From NCBI RefSeq assembly GCF_001457615.1, contig NZ_LN831024.1, positions 2,880,001-2,912,000 of the forward strand: a stretch of DNA of 32,000 bases. Reading direction: 5' to 3'. Under the pieces are notes generated by a model, which was given only the letters and a program-made list of their open reading frames with translations, was not told the origin of the DNA and searched no databases. Below are positions 19,792-29,686 of this stretch, in pieces; within the stretch, counting starts at the first letter, position 1; each line of letters starts with the position of its first letter. Both the position numbers and the translations under genes were made by a program. The stretch comes from Pseudomonas aeruginosa. GTDB lineage: Bacteria > Pseudomonadota > Gammaproteobacteria > Pseudomonadales > Pseudomonadaceae.

Positions 19792-21282
19792 TTATCGCGG
19801 AGGCAGGTGCTCCAGGTAACGCCGGTAGGCCTGTTCGTAGGCCGCCTGTTGTCGCGCCTGGGGCTGGGTGCGGGTCGACTCGTCGAGCGCCACGCAGCGC
19901 CGGCACAGGGCTTCCAGGCTTTCACCGGCGCCGCTTTCGCGGCCCAGGCTCCAGGCCGCCTGGAGCGCCGCGCCAAGGGCGGCGGCCTCGGTCTGCCGCG
20001 GACAGACCAGCGGCAGGCCGAGCAGGTCGGCGAGCGTCCGCCGCCACAGCGGGTTCTTCGCCGCGCCGCCGACCAGGCGGATTTCCTCGCCCGGCAGGCC
20101 GCTGGCGCGCAGCAGGTCGAGGCCGTAGCGCAGGCCGAAGGCGGTGCCTTCGAGCACCGCCCGGCAAAGATTGGCGCGGCTCAGGTTGGCCGCGGTCATG
20201 CCATGCAGGCTGGCGCTGGCGTGCGGTAGCGCCGGAACCCGCTCGCCGTCGAAGAACGGCAGCATCAGCAGACCCTCGGCGCCGACCGGCGCCTGGGCGG
20301 CCAGCCGGGAGAATTCGTCGAGGTCGAGGTGCAGCAGGTCCTGTACCAGGCCGCAGGCGCCGGTGAGGTTCATCGTGCAGGCCAGCGGCAGCCAACCGCC
20401 GGACGAGGCGCAGAAGGTCGCCAGCTCGCCGTGCGGACTGACCAGCGGCCGCTCGGCATAGGCGCTCAGGGTGCCGGAGGTGCCCAGGCTGGCGGTGAGC
20501 AGGCCGGGGCGGATGTTGCCGGTGCCGATGGCGGCGAGCATGTTGTCGCCGCCGCCGCAGGCGACCCGCGTGTGGGGAGCCAGGCCGAGGGCGGCGGCCG
20601 CTTCGGGGCGCAGGTTGCCGATGCAGGCGCCGGGCTCGATCAGCTCCGGCAGCGCCGCCGCCAGGCGTCCGCCCGGCTCGACCAGCTCCAGCACGTCGCT
20701 GGCCCAGGTGCGCCGGCGCACGTCGAAGTAGCCGCTGCCGGAGGCGTCGCCCGCTTCGCTGCAGACGCGGCCGGTGAGCCAGTGGTTGAGGTAGTCGTGG
20801 GGCAGGAGGATGTGCGCGACGCGGGCGAACAGCTCGGGAAAGCGGCGCCTGCTCCAGAGCAGCTTGGACAGCGTGTAGCCCGGCGCGAGCACCAGTCCCA
20901 GGCGTTCCAGCGAGCCGGCCGGGCCGCCGAGGGCTTCCAGCAGCTCGCGGTTCTCCGCCGCGCTCTCGGTGTCGCACCAGAGCTTGGCCGGGCGTAGCGC
21001 CCGGCCCTCGGCGTCGAGCAAGAGCAGCCCATGCTGCTGGGCGGAAACCGCCAGGGCGCGAACCTCGCGGCCGTCCACCGCGGCTTCTTCCAGGGCCATG
21101 CGTACCGCGCTGGCCATGGCTTCCAGCCAGTCCGCCGGGTCCTGCTCGCGGCGTCCGTCGCGGCCTTCCGGCGGGCGCTGCGCGGCGCTGCCCAGGCCCA
21201 GCGTGCGGCCGCTGCCGGCGTCGAGCAGCAGCGCCTTGCTACCCTGGGTGCCGCAATCGATGCCGAGGAACAATCCGTGCAT
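19792..21282 (-). CDS. mtlY: Xylulokinase/xylulose kinase (FGGY family)
   Basis: MHGLFLGIDCGTQGSKALLLD...VSAQQHGLLLLD...PHDYLNHWLTG...SLGTSGTLSAY. Confidence 0.9.
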   Translation of the reverse strand: MHGLFLGIDCGTQGSKALLLDAGSGRTLGLGSAAQRPPEGRDGRREQDPADWLEAMASAVRMALEEAAVDGREVRALAVSAQQHGLLLLDAEGRALRPAKLWCDTESAAENRELLEALGGPAGSLERLGLVLAPGYTLSKLLWSRRRFPELFARVAHILLPHDYLNHWLTGRVCSEAGDASGSGYFDVRRRTWASDVLELVEPGGRLAAALPELIEPGACIGNLRPEAAAALGLAPHTRVACGGGDNMLAAIGTGNIRPGLLTASLGTSGTLSAYAERPLVSPHGELATFCASSGGWLPLACTMNLTGACGLVQDLLHLDLDEFSRLAAQAPVGAEGLLMLPFFDGERVPALPHASASLHGMTAANLSRANLCRAVLEGTAFGLRYGLDLLRASGLPGEEIRLVGGAAKNPLWRRTLADLLGLPLVCPRQTEAAALGAALQAAWSLGRESGAGESLEALCRRCVALDESTRTQPQARQQAAYEQAYRRYLEHLPPR

Positions 21283-21296
21283 GCGGCCCTCCGGCG

Positions 21297-22772
21297 TCAT
21301 TCGCCGAGTACCTGGCGCAGGGTTTCGCTGACGCCGTGTCGGCGCAGGCTGTCGTAGAGCCGCTCGAAGGCCTCGACGAAGGCCGCCGAGGCCGGGATCG
21401 CCGGGCCGAACACGGTCTCCACGCCGAGCAGGCGCCGGCCCAGGCCGTGGCGTTCGGCAACCAGCGCCTGGCATTCGGCGGCGCGCGGATCGGGAATCGG
21501 GTAGCGTTCGCCATGCTCGTCGACCCCGCCCAGGTACAGCGCCCAGGCCGCCACCACCAGGGCCACCCGTTCCAGCGGCCGGCCGGCGGCGATCAGCTGA
21601 TTGGCGGTGGGGACGATGAACTTGGGAAACTTCGACGAGCCGTCCGAGCAGACCCGTTCCAGTTGGTCGGCGATGGCGCGGTTGGCGAAGCGCTCGACCA
21701 GGCTGTCCTTGTAGCGTTCCAGGTCGATCCCCGGTACCGGTGCCAGCAGCGGGGCCACGTCGCGGTCCATGAAGGCCCGCACGTAGCGGCGCAGCAGCGG
21801 GTCGCCGAGGGTCTCGTGGACGAAGCGGTAGCCGCGCAGGAAGCCCAGGTAGGTGAGCGCCAGGTGGCTGCCGTTGAGCAGGCCGATCTTCATCTCCTCG
21901 TAGGGCGTGACGTCGTCGGTGAACTGCACGCCGACCTTTTCCCAGGCCGGGCGCCCAGCGCTGAAACGATCTTCCAGCACCCATTGCACGAAGGGTTCGC
22001 AGACCACCGGCCAGGCGTCTTCCACGTCGTGCCGTTGGGCCAGTTGGCGGCGGTGGGCGGGGCTGGTCATCGGGGTGATGCGGTCGACCATGGCGTTGGG
22101 AAAGCTGACGTGCGTCGCGATCCAGCGCGCCAGCCCCGGGTCGAGCCGTTCGGCGAAGGCCAGCAGCGCCTTGCGCGCCACCTCGCCGTTATGCGGGAGG
22201 TTGTCGCAGGACATCACGGTGAACGCCGGCACGCCTGTGTCGCGGCGCCGCCGCAGAGCCTCGCAGAGAAAGCCGAAGACCCCGCGCGGGGTCCGCGGGT
22301 TGGCCAGGTCGTGGCGCACCAGCGGCAACTCGGCGAGGAACTCGCCGCTGCCATCGTCGATGCAGTAGCCGCCTTCGGTGATGGTCAGCGAGACGATGCG
22401 GATGGCCGGCTCGGCAAGTTTTTCCAGCAGCGCCTCGGCGCCGTCCTCGGCGAGCAGCATGCCGCTGATGGCGCCGATCACGCGGACCTCGGTGTCCGGT
22501 TGGTCGCCCAGCTCGTAGAGGGTGTAGAGGTAGTCCTGGGCGGCCAGGGCGTCGTGCATGGCGCGGTCGTCGCTGCGCAGGCCGGCGCCGCAGATCGCCC
22601 AGTCGAGGGCTTCGCCGCGGTTCATCAGGGCGTCGGTGTAGGCCGCCTGGTGCGCGCGGTGGAAGCCGCCGACGCCGATGTGGACGATGCCCTGGCGCAG
22701 TTGCGCGGGGTCGTAGGACGGGCGGGCGACAGCGGTCGCCAGCAGGGGGAGGTGCTGCCGGTTGAGTTTCAT
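21297..22772 (-). CDS. mtlD: Mannitol/polyol 2-dehydrogenase
   Basis: IVHIGVGGFHRAHQAAYTDAL, TEGGYCIDD, FTVMSCDNLPHNG, KIGLLNGSHLALTYLG. Confidence 0.93.
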   Translation of the reverse strand: MKLNRQHLPLLATAVARPSYDPAQLRQGIVHIGVGGFHRAHQAAYTDALMNRGEALDWAICGAGLRSDDRAMHDALAAQDYLYTLYELGDQPDTEVRVIGAISGMLLAEDGAEALLEKLAEPAIRIVSLTITEGGYCIDDGSGEFLAELPLVRHDLANPRTPRGVFGFLCEALRRRRDTGVPAFTVMSCDNLPHNGEVARKALLAFAERLDPGLARWIATHVSFPNAMVDRITPMTSPAHRRQLAQRHDVEDAWPVVCEPFVQWVLEDRFSAGRPAWEKVGVQFTDDVTPYEEMKIGLLNGSHLALTYLGFLRGYRFVHETLGDPLLRRYVRAFMDRDVAPLLAPVPGIDLERYKDSLVERFANRAIADQLERVCSDGSSKFPKFIVPTANQLIAAGRPLERVALVVAAWALYLGGVDEHGERYPIPDPRAAECQALVAERHGLGRRLLGVETVFGPAIPASAAFVEAFERLYDSLRRHGVSETLRQVLGE

Positions 22773-22794
22773 CGGTGGGTTCCCGCTGGCGGCT

Positions 22795-23907
22795 TCAGGC
22801 CGCCTGTTGCAGTCGTTTGTCGAGGGCCTGGCCGTTGCTGTCGAACAGGTGGCAGTGCGCCGGATCGAAGCCCAGCTCCAGGGGGGCGCCGTAGTCCGGT
22901 GCGAAATCGCCGCGCACGCGCAGGGTGAGCATTTCCCCCGAGTCGGCGCGGACATGGCAGAAGCTGTCGCTGCCCAGGCGCTCGCTGACGTCGGCGGCGA
23001 CCCGCAGCAGGCCCTGGAAGGCATGGCCCGGGCGGGCGATGTTCAGGTGTTCCGGGCGGATGCCGAGGGTCACCGGGCTGCCGGTTGCCAGCTCGCCGGC
23101 GCATAGCGGCAGGCCGACGCGCGCGCCGCATTCGAGGGCGACCTCGCAGCGCTCGCCCTGGTTGCGGCTGAGATGGCCGCGCAGGAAGCCCATCTTCGGC
23201 GTGCCGAGGAAGCCGGCGACGAACAGGTTGGCCGGATGGTGGTAAAGCTCCAGCGGCGAGCCGACCTGCTCGACGCGCCCGCCGTTGAGCACCACGACCT
23301 TGTCCGCCAGGGTCATCGCCTCGACCTGGTCATGGGTCACGTAGATCATGGTCGCCGCCAGTTCCTGGTGCAGCCGCGCCAGTTCCAGGCGCATCTGCAC
23401 GCGCAGGGCGGCGTCGAGGTTGGACAGCGGTTCGTCGAAGAGGAATATCTTCGGGTTGCGCACGATCGCCCGGCCGATCGCCACCCGCTGCCGTTGGCCG
23501 CCGGAGAGCTGGCGCGGCTTGCGCTCCAGCAGCGCTTGCAGTTCGAGGATGCGTGCGGCGGCGTCGACCTTGGCGGCGACCTCGCGCTTGTCGACGCCGG
23601 CCAGGTCGAGGGCGAAGGAGAGGTTCCTGCGCACCGTCATGTGCGGGTACAGCGCGTAGGTCTGGAAGACCATCGCCAGGTCGCGTTTCGCCGGCGGGGT
23701 GTCGGTGATGTCCGTGCCGTCGAGGGTGATGCTGCCGCCGCTGGCCTCTTCGAGGCCGGCGATCAGGCGCAGCAGGGTCGACTTGCCGCAGCCGGAGGGG
23801 CCGACGAAGACTACGAACTCGCGGTCGCGGACGTCGAGGTCGATGCCCTTGATGATGGCCTGGCCGTCGAAGCCTTTCTGCAGGTTGCGGATCTTGAGAT
23901 CAGCCAT
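22795..23907 (-). CDS. mtlK: Polyol ABC transporter ATP-binding protein (MalK/UgpC type)
   Basis: [56 protein letters not shown]. Confidence 0.92.
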   Translation of the reverse strand: MADLKIRNLQKGFDGQAIIKGIDLDVRDREFVVFVGPSGCGKSTLLRLIAGLEEASGGSITLDGTDITDTPPAKRDLAMVFQTYALYPHMTVRRNLSFALDLAGVDKREVAAKVDAAARILELQALLERKPRQLSGGQRQRVAIGRAIVRNPKIFLFDEPLSNLDAALRVQMRLELARLHQELAATMIYVTHDQVEAMTLADKVVVLNGGRVEQVGSPLELYHHPANLFVAGFLGTPKMGFLRGHLSRNQGERCEVALECGARVGLPLCAGELATGSPVTLGIRPEHLNIARPGHAFQGLLRVAADVSERLGSDSFCHVRADSGEMLTLRVRGDFAPDYGAPLELGFDPAHCHLFDSNGQALDKRLQQAA

Positions 23908-23946
23908 GGCGGAATACCTCCGTGGACGAAAGGATGGGGATGCGCT

Positions 23947-24780
23947 TCATTTCACGGCGCCGAAGGAAAGGCCGCGTACCAGCTGCTTCTGGCTGATCCA
24001 GCCGAAGACCAGGATCGGCGCGCAGGCGAGGGTGGAGACGGCCGAGAGCTTGGCCCAGAACAGTCCTTCGGGGCTGGAATAGGAGGCGACCAGGGCGGTC
24101 AGCGGGGCGGCGGCCGAGGAGGTCAGGTTGAGCGACCAGAAGGCCTCGTTCCAACACAGGATCAGCGACAGCAGCAGGGTCGAGGCGAGCCCGCCGCGGG
24201 CGATCGGCAGCAGTACGCGGACGATCTCCTGCCAGGTGCCGGCGCCGTCCAGGCGCGCTGCTTCGAGGATGTCCACGGGGATGTCCTTGAAGTAGGTGTA
24301 CACCATCCAGACCACGATCGGCAGGTTGATCAGGGTGTAGACGATGATCAGCGCCAGCCGCGAATCGAGCAGGCCGAACTGCTTGGCCAGCAGGTAGATC
24401 GGCATCAGTACGCCGACCGGCGGAAGCATCTTGGTCGACAGCATCCAGAGCAGCGTGCGCTTGGTGTGGCGGGTCTCGAAGAAGGCCATGGAGTAGGCCG
24501 CCGGCACCGCGACGAGCATGCACAGGAGAGTCGCCGAGGAGGAGATCAGCAGCGAGTTCCAGGCGTAGGCGAAGTAGTCGCTGCGCTCGTTGATGTGCAG
24601 GTAGTTCTCCAGGGTCGGCTGGAAGATGAACTGCGGCGGCGTGGCGAAGGCGTCGATCTCGCTCTTGAAGCTGGTCAGCAGCATCCAGAAGATCGGGAAG
24701 AACAGCAGCAGGGCGATGCCCCAGCAGAGCAGGCCGAGCAGGGCATTGCGCAGGCGGCGGGATTGCTTGAGTGTCAGCAT
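23947..24780 (-). CDS. mtlG: Polyol ABC transporter permease
   Basis: MalG-type permease with signature EAARLDGAGTWQEIVRVLLPIARGG. Confidence 0.9.
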   Translation of the reverse strand: MLTLKQSRRLRNALLGLLCWGIALLLFFPIFWMLLTSFKSEIDAFATPPQFIFQPTLENYLHINERSDYFAYAWNSLLISSSATLLCMLVAVPAAYSMAFFETRHTKRTLLWMLSTKMLPPVGVLMPIYLLAKQFGLLDSRLALIIVYTLINLPIVVWMVYTYFKDIPVDILEAARLDGAGTWQEIVRVLLPIARGGLASTLLLSLILCWNEAFWSLNLTSSAAAPLTALVASYSSPEGLFWAKLSAVSTLACAPILVFGWISQKQLVRGLSFGAVK

Positions 24781-24790
24781 GGCGGGTTCC

Positions 24791-25723
24791 TCAGCTGCGC
24801 TCGGTAAGGTTCTTGCCGATCATCCGCACCAGCACGATGGCGGCGATATTGGCGATCAGCACCGCGATCAGGCCCCCGGCCGAGGCCATGCCGACATCGA
24901 ACTGCAGCAGCGCCTGGTTGTAGATCAGGTAGGCGAGGTTGGTCGATTCGTAGCCGGGGCCGCCGCTGGTGGTGGTGAAGATCTCGGCGAACACCGAGAG
25001 CAGGAAGATCGTCTCGATCATCAGCACCACCGCGATGGGCCGCGCCAGGTGCGGCAGGGTCAGGTGCCAGAAGATCGCCAGCGGACCGGCGCCGTCGAGG
25101 CGGGCAGCCTCCTTCTGCTCCTGGTCGAGGGACTGCATGGCGGTCATCAGGATCAGGATGGCGAAGGGCAGCCATTGCCAGGAGACGATGAGGATGATCG
25201 ACAGCAGCGGATAGTGCGCCAGCCAATCCACCGGCTCGGCGCCGAACAGGCGCCAGACGGCGGCGAGGATGCCCGAGACCGGGTGGAAGATCAGGTTCTT
25301 CCAGAGCAGCGCGCTCACCGTCGGCATGATGAAGAACGGCGAGATCAGCAACACCCGCACCGCGCCGCGGCCGAAGAATTCGCCGGCCTCCAGCAGCGCG
25401 GCGATGAGCACGCCGAACGCCACGCTGATCGCCAGCACGCTGCCCACCAGCAGCAGGGTGTTCAGCGCGCCGGGCAGGAAGCCGGCGTCGGTGACGAAGA
25501 AGGTGAAGTTCTCCAGGCCGACGAAGGCATTCTCGCCGGGATACAGCAGGTTGTAGCGGATCAGCGAGAAATACAGGGTCATGCCCAGGGGCACGATCAT
25601 CCACAACAGCAGCAGCGCCACCGAGGGGCTGACCAGGAGCCAGCCAGGGCCGCGCCGGCGGCGCTGGAGACGGCGGCGGGCGGGACGGGCCGGGAGCGGG
25701 GTATCGAGGGCCGAGGTGTTCAT
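24791..25723 (-). CDS. mtlF: Polyol ABC transporter permease
   Basis: MalF-type permease with signature EAARLDGAGPLAIFWHLTLPHLARP. Confidence 0.9.
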   Translation of the reverse strand: MNTSALDTPLPARPARRRLQRRRRGPGWLLVSPSVALLLLWMIVPLGMTLYFSLIRYNLLYPGENAFVGLENFTFFVTDAGFLPGALNTLLLVGSVLAISVAFGVLIAALLEAGEFFGRGAVRVLLISPFFIMPTVSALLWKNLIFHPVSGILAAVWRLFGAEPVDWLAHYPLLSIILIVSWQWLPFAILILMTAMQSLDQEQKEAARLDGAGPLAIFWHLTLPHLARPIAVVLMIETIFLLSVFAEIFTTTSGGPGYESTNLAYLIYNQALLQFDVGMASAGGLIAVLIANIAAIVLVRMIGKNLTERS

Positions 25724-25798
25724 GGCGACTCCGTCTGGATCTTCAAGGACAAGCGCTCGAGCAGCGCCGCGCCGGGCGCGGCTGCGCCCGGCGGCGGA

Positions 25799-27109
25799 CT
25801 ACTTCGGATAGCCGGCGCGCTTCATCTCGCGGGCGGTGCTCTGCTGCGCGGCGGCGAGCGCCTGGTCGCTGCTCATCTGCCCGGTGAGGGCGGCGGAGAA
25901 CAGCTTGCCGACCTGGGTGCCGATGGCCTGGAACTCGGGGATGGTGACCAACTGGATGCCGACATAGGGCACCGGCTTCAGCGTCGGATGGTTGGGATCG
26001 ACGCGCTTCAGCGATTCCAGGGTGACCCGCGCGAACGGCGCGGCGGCCAGGTAGGCCTCGCTGTAGGTCGAGGCGCGGGTGCCGGGCGGCACGTTGGCTA
26101 CGCCTTCCCTGTCCGCCACCAGTTTGCCGTACGCCTGCGAGGTGGCCCAGGTGGCGAAGGCCTTCGCCGCGTCCTTGGCGCGCGAGCTGGCGGGAATCGC
26201 CAGGGCCCAGGAATACAGCCAGGAGGCGCCCTTGTCGGTGACTTCCCGGGGGGCGAAGGCGAAGCCGGTGGCGTCGGCGACCTTGCTCTGGCTCTTGTCG
26301 GTGACGAACGAACCGGCGACGCTGGCGTCCACCCAGATCGCGCACTTGCCGCTGTTGAACAGCGCCAGGTTCTCGTTGAATCCGTTGCTGGAGGCGCCGG
26401 GCGGGCCGTACCGCTTGAGGGTGGAGACATAGAAGTCGAGAGCCTTCTTCCATTCGCCGCCGCTGAATTCGGGCTGCCATCGCTCGTCGAACCAGCGTGC
26501 GCCGAAGGCGTTGGCCAGGGTGCCGATCAACGCCATGTTCTCGCCCCAGCCGGCCTTGCCGCGCAGGCAGATACCGTACTGGCCCTGGTCCGGGCGGTTG
26601 AGCCTGGCGGCGAACTCGCCGAGCTGGGTCCAGGTCGGTTGCTCGGGCATCCGCAGCCCGGCCTGCTGGAACAGGTCCTTGCGGTAGTAGGTGATCGAGG
26701 CTTCGGCGTAGAACGGCAGGGCGTACAGCGTGCCCTTGACGGAGAGACCGTCGCGCACCGAGGGCAACAGGTCGTCCAGGGCGTAGTCGGCGGGCAGCCC
26801 GCTCATCGGCTCCAGCCAGCCCTTGGCGCCCCACAGCGCGGCTTCGTACATGCCGATGGTGAGCAGGTCGAACTGTCCGCCCTGGGTGGCGATGTCGGTG
26901 GTCAGGCGCTGGCGCAGGACGTTCTCTTCGAGCACCACCCATTTCAGCGCGATGTCCGGGTGGCTTTCCTCGAACACCTTGGACAGGCGTTGCATGCGGA
27001 TCATGTCGTTGTTGTTGACCGTGGCGATGGTCAGGGTCTCGGCGCCCTGGGCCAGCAGGGGCAGGGCGAGGCAGGCGGCGGCCAGGCAGGCCTTGATCGA
27101 GTCGTTCAT
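25799..27109 (-). CDS. mtlE: Polyol ABC transporter periplasmic binding protein
   Basis: Signal peptide followed by a family 1 solute-binding protein sequence (LTIATVNNNDMIRMQRLSKVFEESHPDIALKWV). First gene of the mtl operon. Confidence 0.9.
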   Translation of the reverse strand: MNDSIKACLAAACLALPLLAQGAETLTIATVNNNDMIRMQRLSKVFEESHPDIALKWVVLEENVLRQRLTTDIATQGGQFDLLTIGMYEAALWGAKGWLEPMSGLPADYALDDLLPSVRDGLSVKGTLYALPFYAEASITYYRKDLFQQAGLRMPEQPTWTQLGEFAARLNRPDQGQYGICLRGKAGWGENMALIGTLANAFGARWFDERWQPEFSGGEWKKALDFYVSTLKRYGPPGASSNGFNENLALFNSGKCAIWVDASVAGSFVTDKSQSKVADATGFAFAPREVTDKGASWLYSWALAIPASSRAKDAAKAFATWATSQAYGKLVADREGVANVPPGTRASTYSEAYLAAAPFARVTLESLKRVDPNHPTLKPVPYVGIQLVTIPEFQAIGTQVGKLFSAALTGQMSSDQALAAAQQSTAREMKRAGYPK

Positions 27110-27266
27110 CGGTGAACTCCTCTTCCGGGCCGGCGGGCGGCGCGGAAGACATTATTGTTTTTGTGTCGCTCGCTGCCGATTACACAGGCGCGTCACGCAA
27201 CCGACAAAGCCTCGACTGCACTTCGACCGATACTTTTTTGCACCACCGGGGTGGGGCGCTGGAGGC

Positions 27267-28172
27267 TCAGAGCAGGTTCTGCTCGGTCAGCCGCTGGGTC
27301 ACCAGGCGCCGGTAGCCGGTGGGCGTCATGCCCTTGAGCTGCTGGAAGCGCCGGTTGAAATTGGACAGGTTGCTGAAGCCCGACTCGAAGCACACCTCGG
27401 TCACCGGCAGCTCGCTGCGGGCCAGCAGCTCGCAGGACTTGCTGATGCGCAGGCGGTTGACGAACTCGACGAAGCCGCGCCCGGCGGCCTGCTTGAAGAA
27501 GCGCGAGAAGTAGGTGGGGGTCATGCCCAGGTGGGCGGCGACCTGCTCCTGGGTGAGGTCCTGGGCGTAGTGCTGGAAGATGTAGTCCACCGCCCGGTTG
27601 ATCCGTTCGACGTTGTGCTCGTCGGCCAGTTGCGAGGAAGTGACGGTAGAGAGCAACTGGTAGTCCTCGCATTCGGCGAGCTGTTCCATGAGGATAAAAA
27701 AGTATCCCAGGCGGGTCATGCCGCCGCTGTCGGCGATGCGTTGCAACAGTCGCCGGCTTTCGCCGATCAGCGCCGGGTCGCGGAACTCGATGCCGTAGCG
27801 CGCCCGCGCCAGCAGCGGGGCCAGGCGGTTCAGCTCGGAGAATACGCCGCTGCCGTCCTCCAGCACCTCGTCGGTGAAGTTCACCAGCATGTCGCGCCGG
27901 GCCACCACCTCGCCGGGCTCCACCTGGCTGATCCAGTTGTGCGGCAGGTTGGGACCGGTGAGGAACAGGGTGTCGGGGGCGAAGTTGCCGATGTAGTCGC
28001 CGATGAATACCTTGCCGGAGCTGGCGACGATCAGGTGCAGCTCGTATTCCTTGTGGAAGTGCCAGCGCACCAGCGGGCTGGGGAAGCCGTGCTGGCGGTA
28101 GATCAGCGAATGGCCTTCGTGGTCGTCCATCAGCTCGTAGGACGGATCGGTGACTTTGCTGGCTCTGGGCAT
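27267..28172 (-). CDS. mtlR: AraC-family activator of the mannitol operon
   Basis: AraC-type C-terminus (LTQEQVAAHLGMTPTYFSRFFKQAAGRGFVEFVNRLRISKSCELL; VCFESGFSNLSNFNRRFQQLKGMTPTGYRR), adjacent to mtlE. Start at 28172 chosen; 28241 is also in frame. Confidence 0.88.
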   Translation of the reverse strand: MPRASKVTDPSYELMDDHEGHSLIYRQHGFPSPLVRWHFHKEYELHLIVASSGKVFIGDYIGNFAPDTLFLTGPNLPHNWISQVEPGEVVARRDMLVNFTDEVLEDGSGVFSELNRLAPLLARARYGIEFRDPALIGESRRLLQRIADSGGMTRLGYFFILMEQLAECEDYQLLSTVTSSQLADEHNVERINRAVDYIFQHYAQDLTQEQVAAHLGMTPTYFSRFFKQAAGRGFVEFVNRLRISKSCELLARSELPVTEVCFESGFSNLSNFNRRFQQLKGMTPTGYRRLVTQRLTEQNLL

Positions 28173-28323
28173 GGGCGCGGGCCGACCGGGGGAACGAAGG
28201 CACATCCTAGCCCGAAGCGGCGGGGCTGTGCAGGGGACCACCCGCGAGCCTCGCTCCCCTGCGTGGCGCCGGGTGGCCGCAGGGGCGGGTAGCGGGCCGT
28301 GGCTCTATCCGCCGCCATCCGCT

Positions 28324-29664
28324 TCAACGCCGCGCCGTGACCTGCGGCGTGGCGCCGGGAACCGCCAGGTTCACCGCCTTCTCCTCGCGCGGCGTACCTT
28401 CGGGCACCCAGTCGTAGGCCACCGGCAGCGCGCGGTAGACCCAGTTGCTCCGGGCGTCGCCGCGCGGCGCCTTGCCGAAGTAGGGGCTGACGTACTCCCA
28501 GACGATCTCGCCGCCGGGCGTTACCTGGAAGAAGCGTCCGTTCTGCCCTTCGTCGATCAGCGTATTGCCGTTGGGCAGGCGCCGCGCGCTGCTGATGAAG
28601 GCGCTGTAGAAGGCCCAGCCGGGCTGCTGCGAGTCCTCGGCAGTGTATTGCCAGACGATCTGCTTCTTCAGCGGGTCGATTTCCAGTACCCGCGAGCCGG
28701 AGACCAGCCCGCGCTGTACCGAGGGGTAACCGGCGTCACCCTGGTTGTCGAACACCAGCAGGTTGCCGGCGCCCGGCAGGCCCTCGGGAATGAGGTGGGC
28801 GTCGTGCTGGCCACTGATCTGGTCCACCGGGCGCGGCAGCTTACGGGCGCTCTTCGGGTCGATCGGCGGAAGGTTCGGGCCGAGGCGCCAGACCACCTTG
28901 CCGCTGGCCTTGTCGACGATCGCTATGAAGTTGGCGTTGCGTGAGTCGAGCAGCAGGTTGTCCGGGGCGAAGCGCCGGTCGCCGGCAGCGTGCCAGCGGT
29001 TCTCGCCGAGCGGGGCGAGGTTGTTGATGTGCAGGTAGTCGGGGTTCTCGCTGGCCCGTACCCGCTTCAACTGGTCGGCGGTGAATCCGAATTCGTCGAG
29101 ATGCTCCGAAGCGGTCCAGCTCCAGGCCAGCTTGCCCTGCGGCGTGACCTCGTAGATCACGTCATCGATTACCCGGGGCACGGCGAAGCCCTTCACCGCG
29201 TGGACCTTGTTCGCCAGCAGCAGGGTGTTGCCGTTGGCCAGCCGGCGCTGGTCGTGGTGCTGATGGGCGGCGCCGCCCGGCGCCTGGTCACCCCAGCGCC
29301 AGACCTCCTTGCCATCCCAGTCCAGCTCGCCGAGGGCCTGGTTGGCCAGGCCGTTGCCGGGCGAGGCCAGCTTGTCCGGAGCGGCCAGGTCGGCCAGTTG
29401 CAGCAGCACATGGCCGCGCTTGCCGCCGTTCAGGGCCGGGTCGATCACGGCGGCGGGGAAGCCGGGGTAGTCCCAGCGCTTCACCTCGTTGCCGTTCATG
29501 TCGATCAGGTGGGTCTTGCGGTCTGCGCCGCTGAAGATCACGTACTGGTTGAAGGCCTTCTGCGGGTCGTAGCGGGTCACTCCGGTGGGGTAGACGCTGG
29601 GCGCGGCATGGGCGCCGGCGGCGAGCAGCGCGGCGCTGAGCAGGAGCATCGGGAATCTGGGCAT
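28324..29664 (-). CDS. Arylsulfotransferase (ASST)-family periplasmic protein
   Basis: Signal peptide MPRFPMLLLSAALLAAGAHA. Repeated NGNTLL/W-x-W blade-like motifs and QHDAHLIPEGLPGAGNLLVFDNQGDAGYPS typical of the family. Confidence 0.78.
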   Translation of the reverse strand: MPRFPMLLLSAALLAAGAHAAPSVYPTGVTRYDPQKAFNQYVIFSGADRKTHLIDMNGNEVKRWDYPGFPAAVIDPALNGGKRGHVLLQLADLAAPDKLASPGNGLANQALGELDWDGKEVWRWGDQAPGGAAHQHHDQRRLANGNTLLLANKVHAVKGFAVPRVIDDVIYEVTPQGKLAWSWTASEHLDEFGFTADQLKRVRASENPDYLHINNLAPLGENRWHAAGDRRFAPDNLLLDSRNANFIAIVDKASGKVVWRLGPNLPPIDPKSARKLPRPVDQISGQHDAHLIPEGLPGAGNLLVFDNQGDAGYPSVQRGLVSGSRVLEIDPLKKQIVWQYTAEDSQQPGWAFYSAFISSARRLPNGNTLIDEGQNGRFFQVTPGGEIVWEYVSPYFGKAPRGDARSNWVYRALPVAYDWVPEGTPREEKAVNLAVPGATPQVTARR

Positions 29665-29686
29665 GGCGGGTTCCTCGGCGATCGGT

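Noticed and set aside
21336-22928. 530-aa plus-strand ORF antisense to mtlD
   Set aside because: Mirror of mtlD codon usage, with no recognisable family features.
24626-27115. 829-aa plus-strand ORF antisense to mtlG/mtlF/mtlE
   Set aside because: Complementary to three well-recognised transporter genes. Composition is low-complexity (runs of H, Q, R, G) as expected from antisense frames in high-GC DNA. No motif recognised.
27719-27760. GCAACAGT half-site resembling the sulfur palindrome
   Set aside because: Single half-site inside mtlR coding sequence with no second arm or promoter nearby; expected by chance.
26823-28292. 489-aa plus-strand ORF over mtlR and the mtlE upstream region
   Set aside because: Antisense frame over recognised mtlR. 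The apparent sequence is compositionally biased without conserved motifs.
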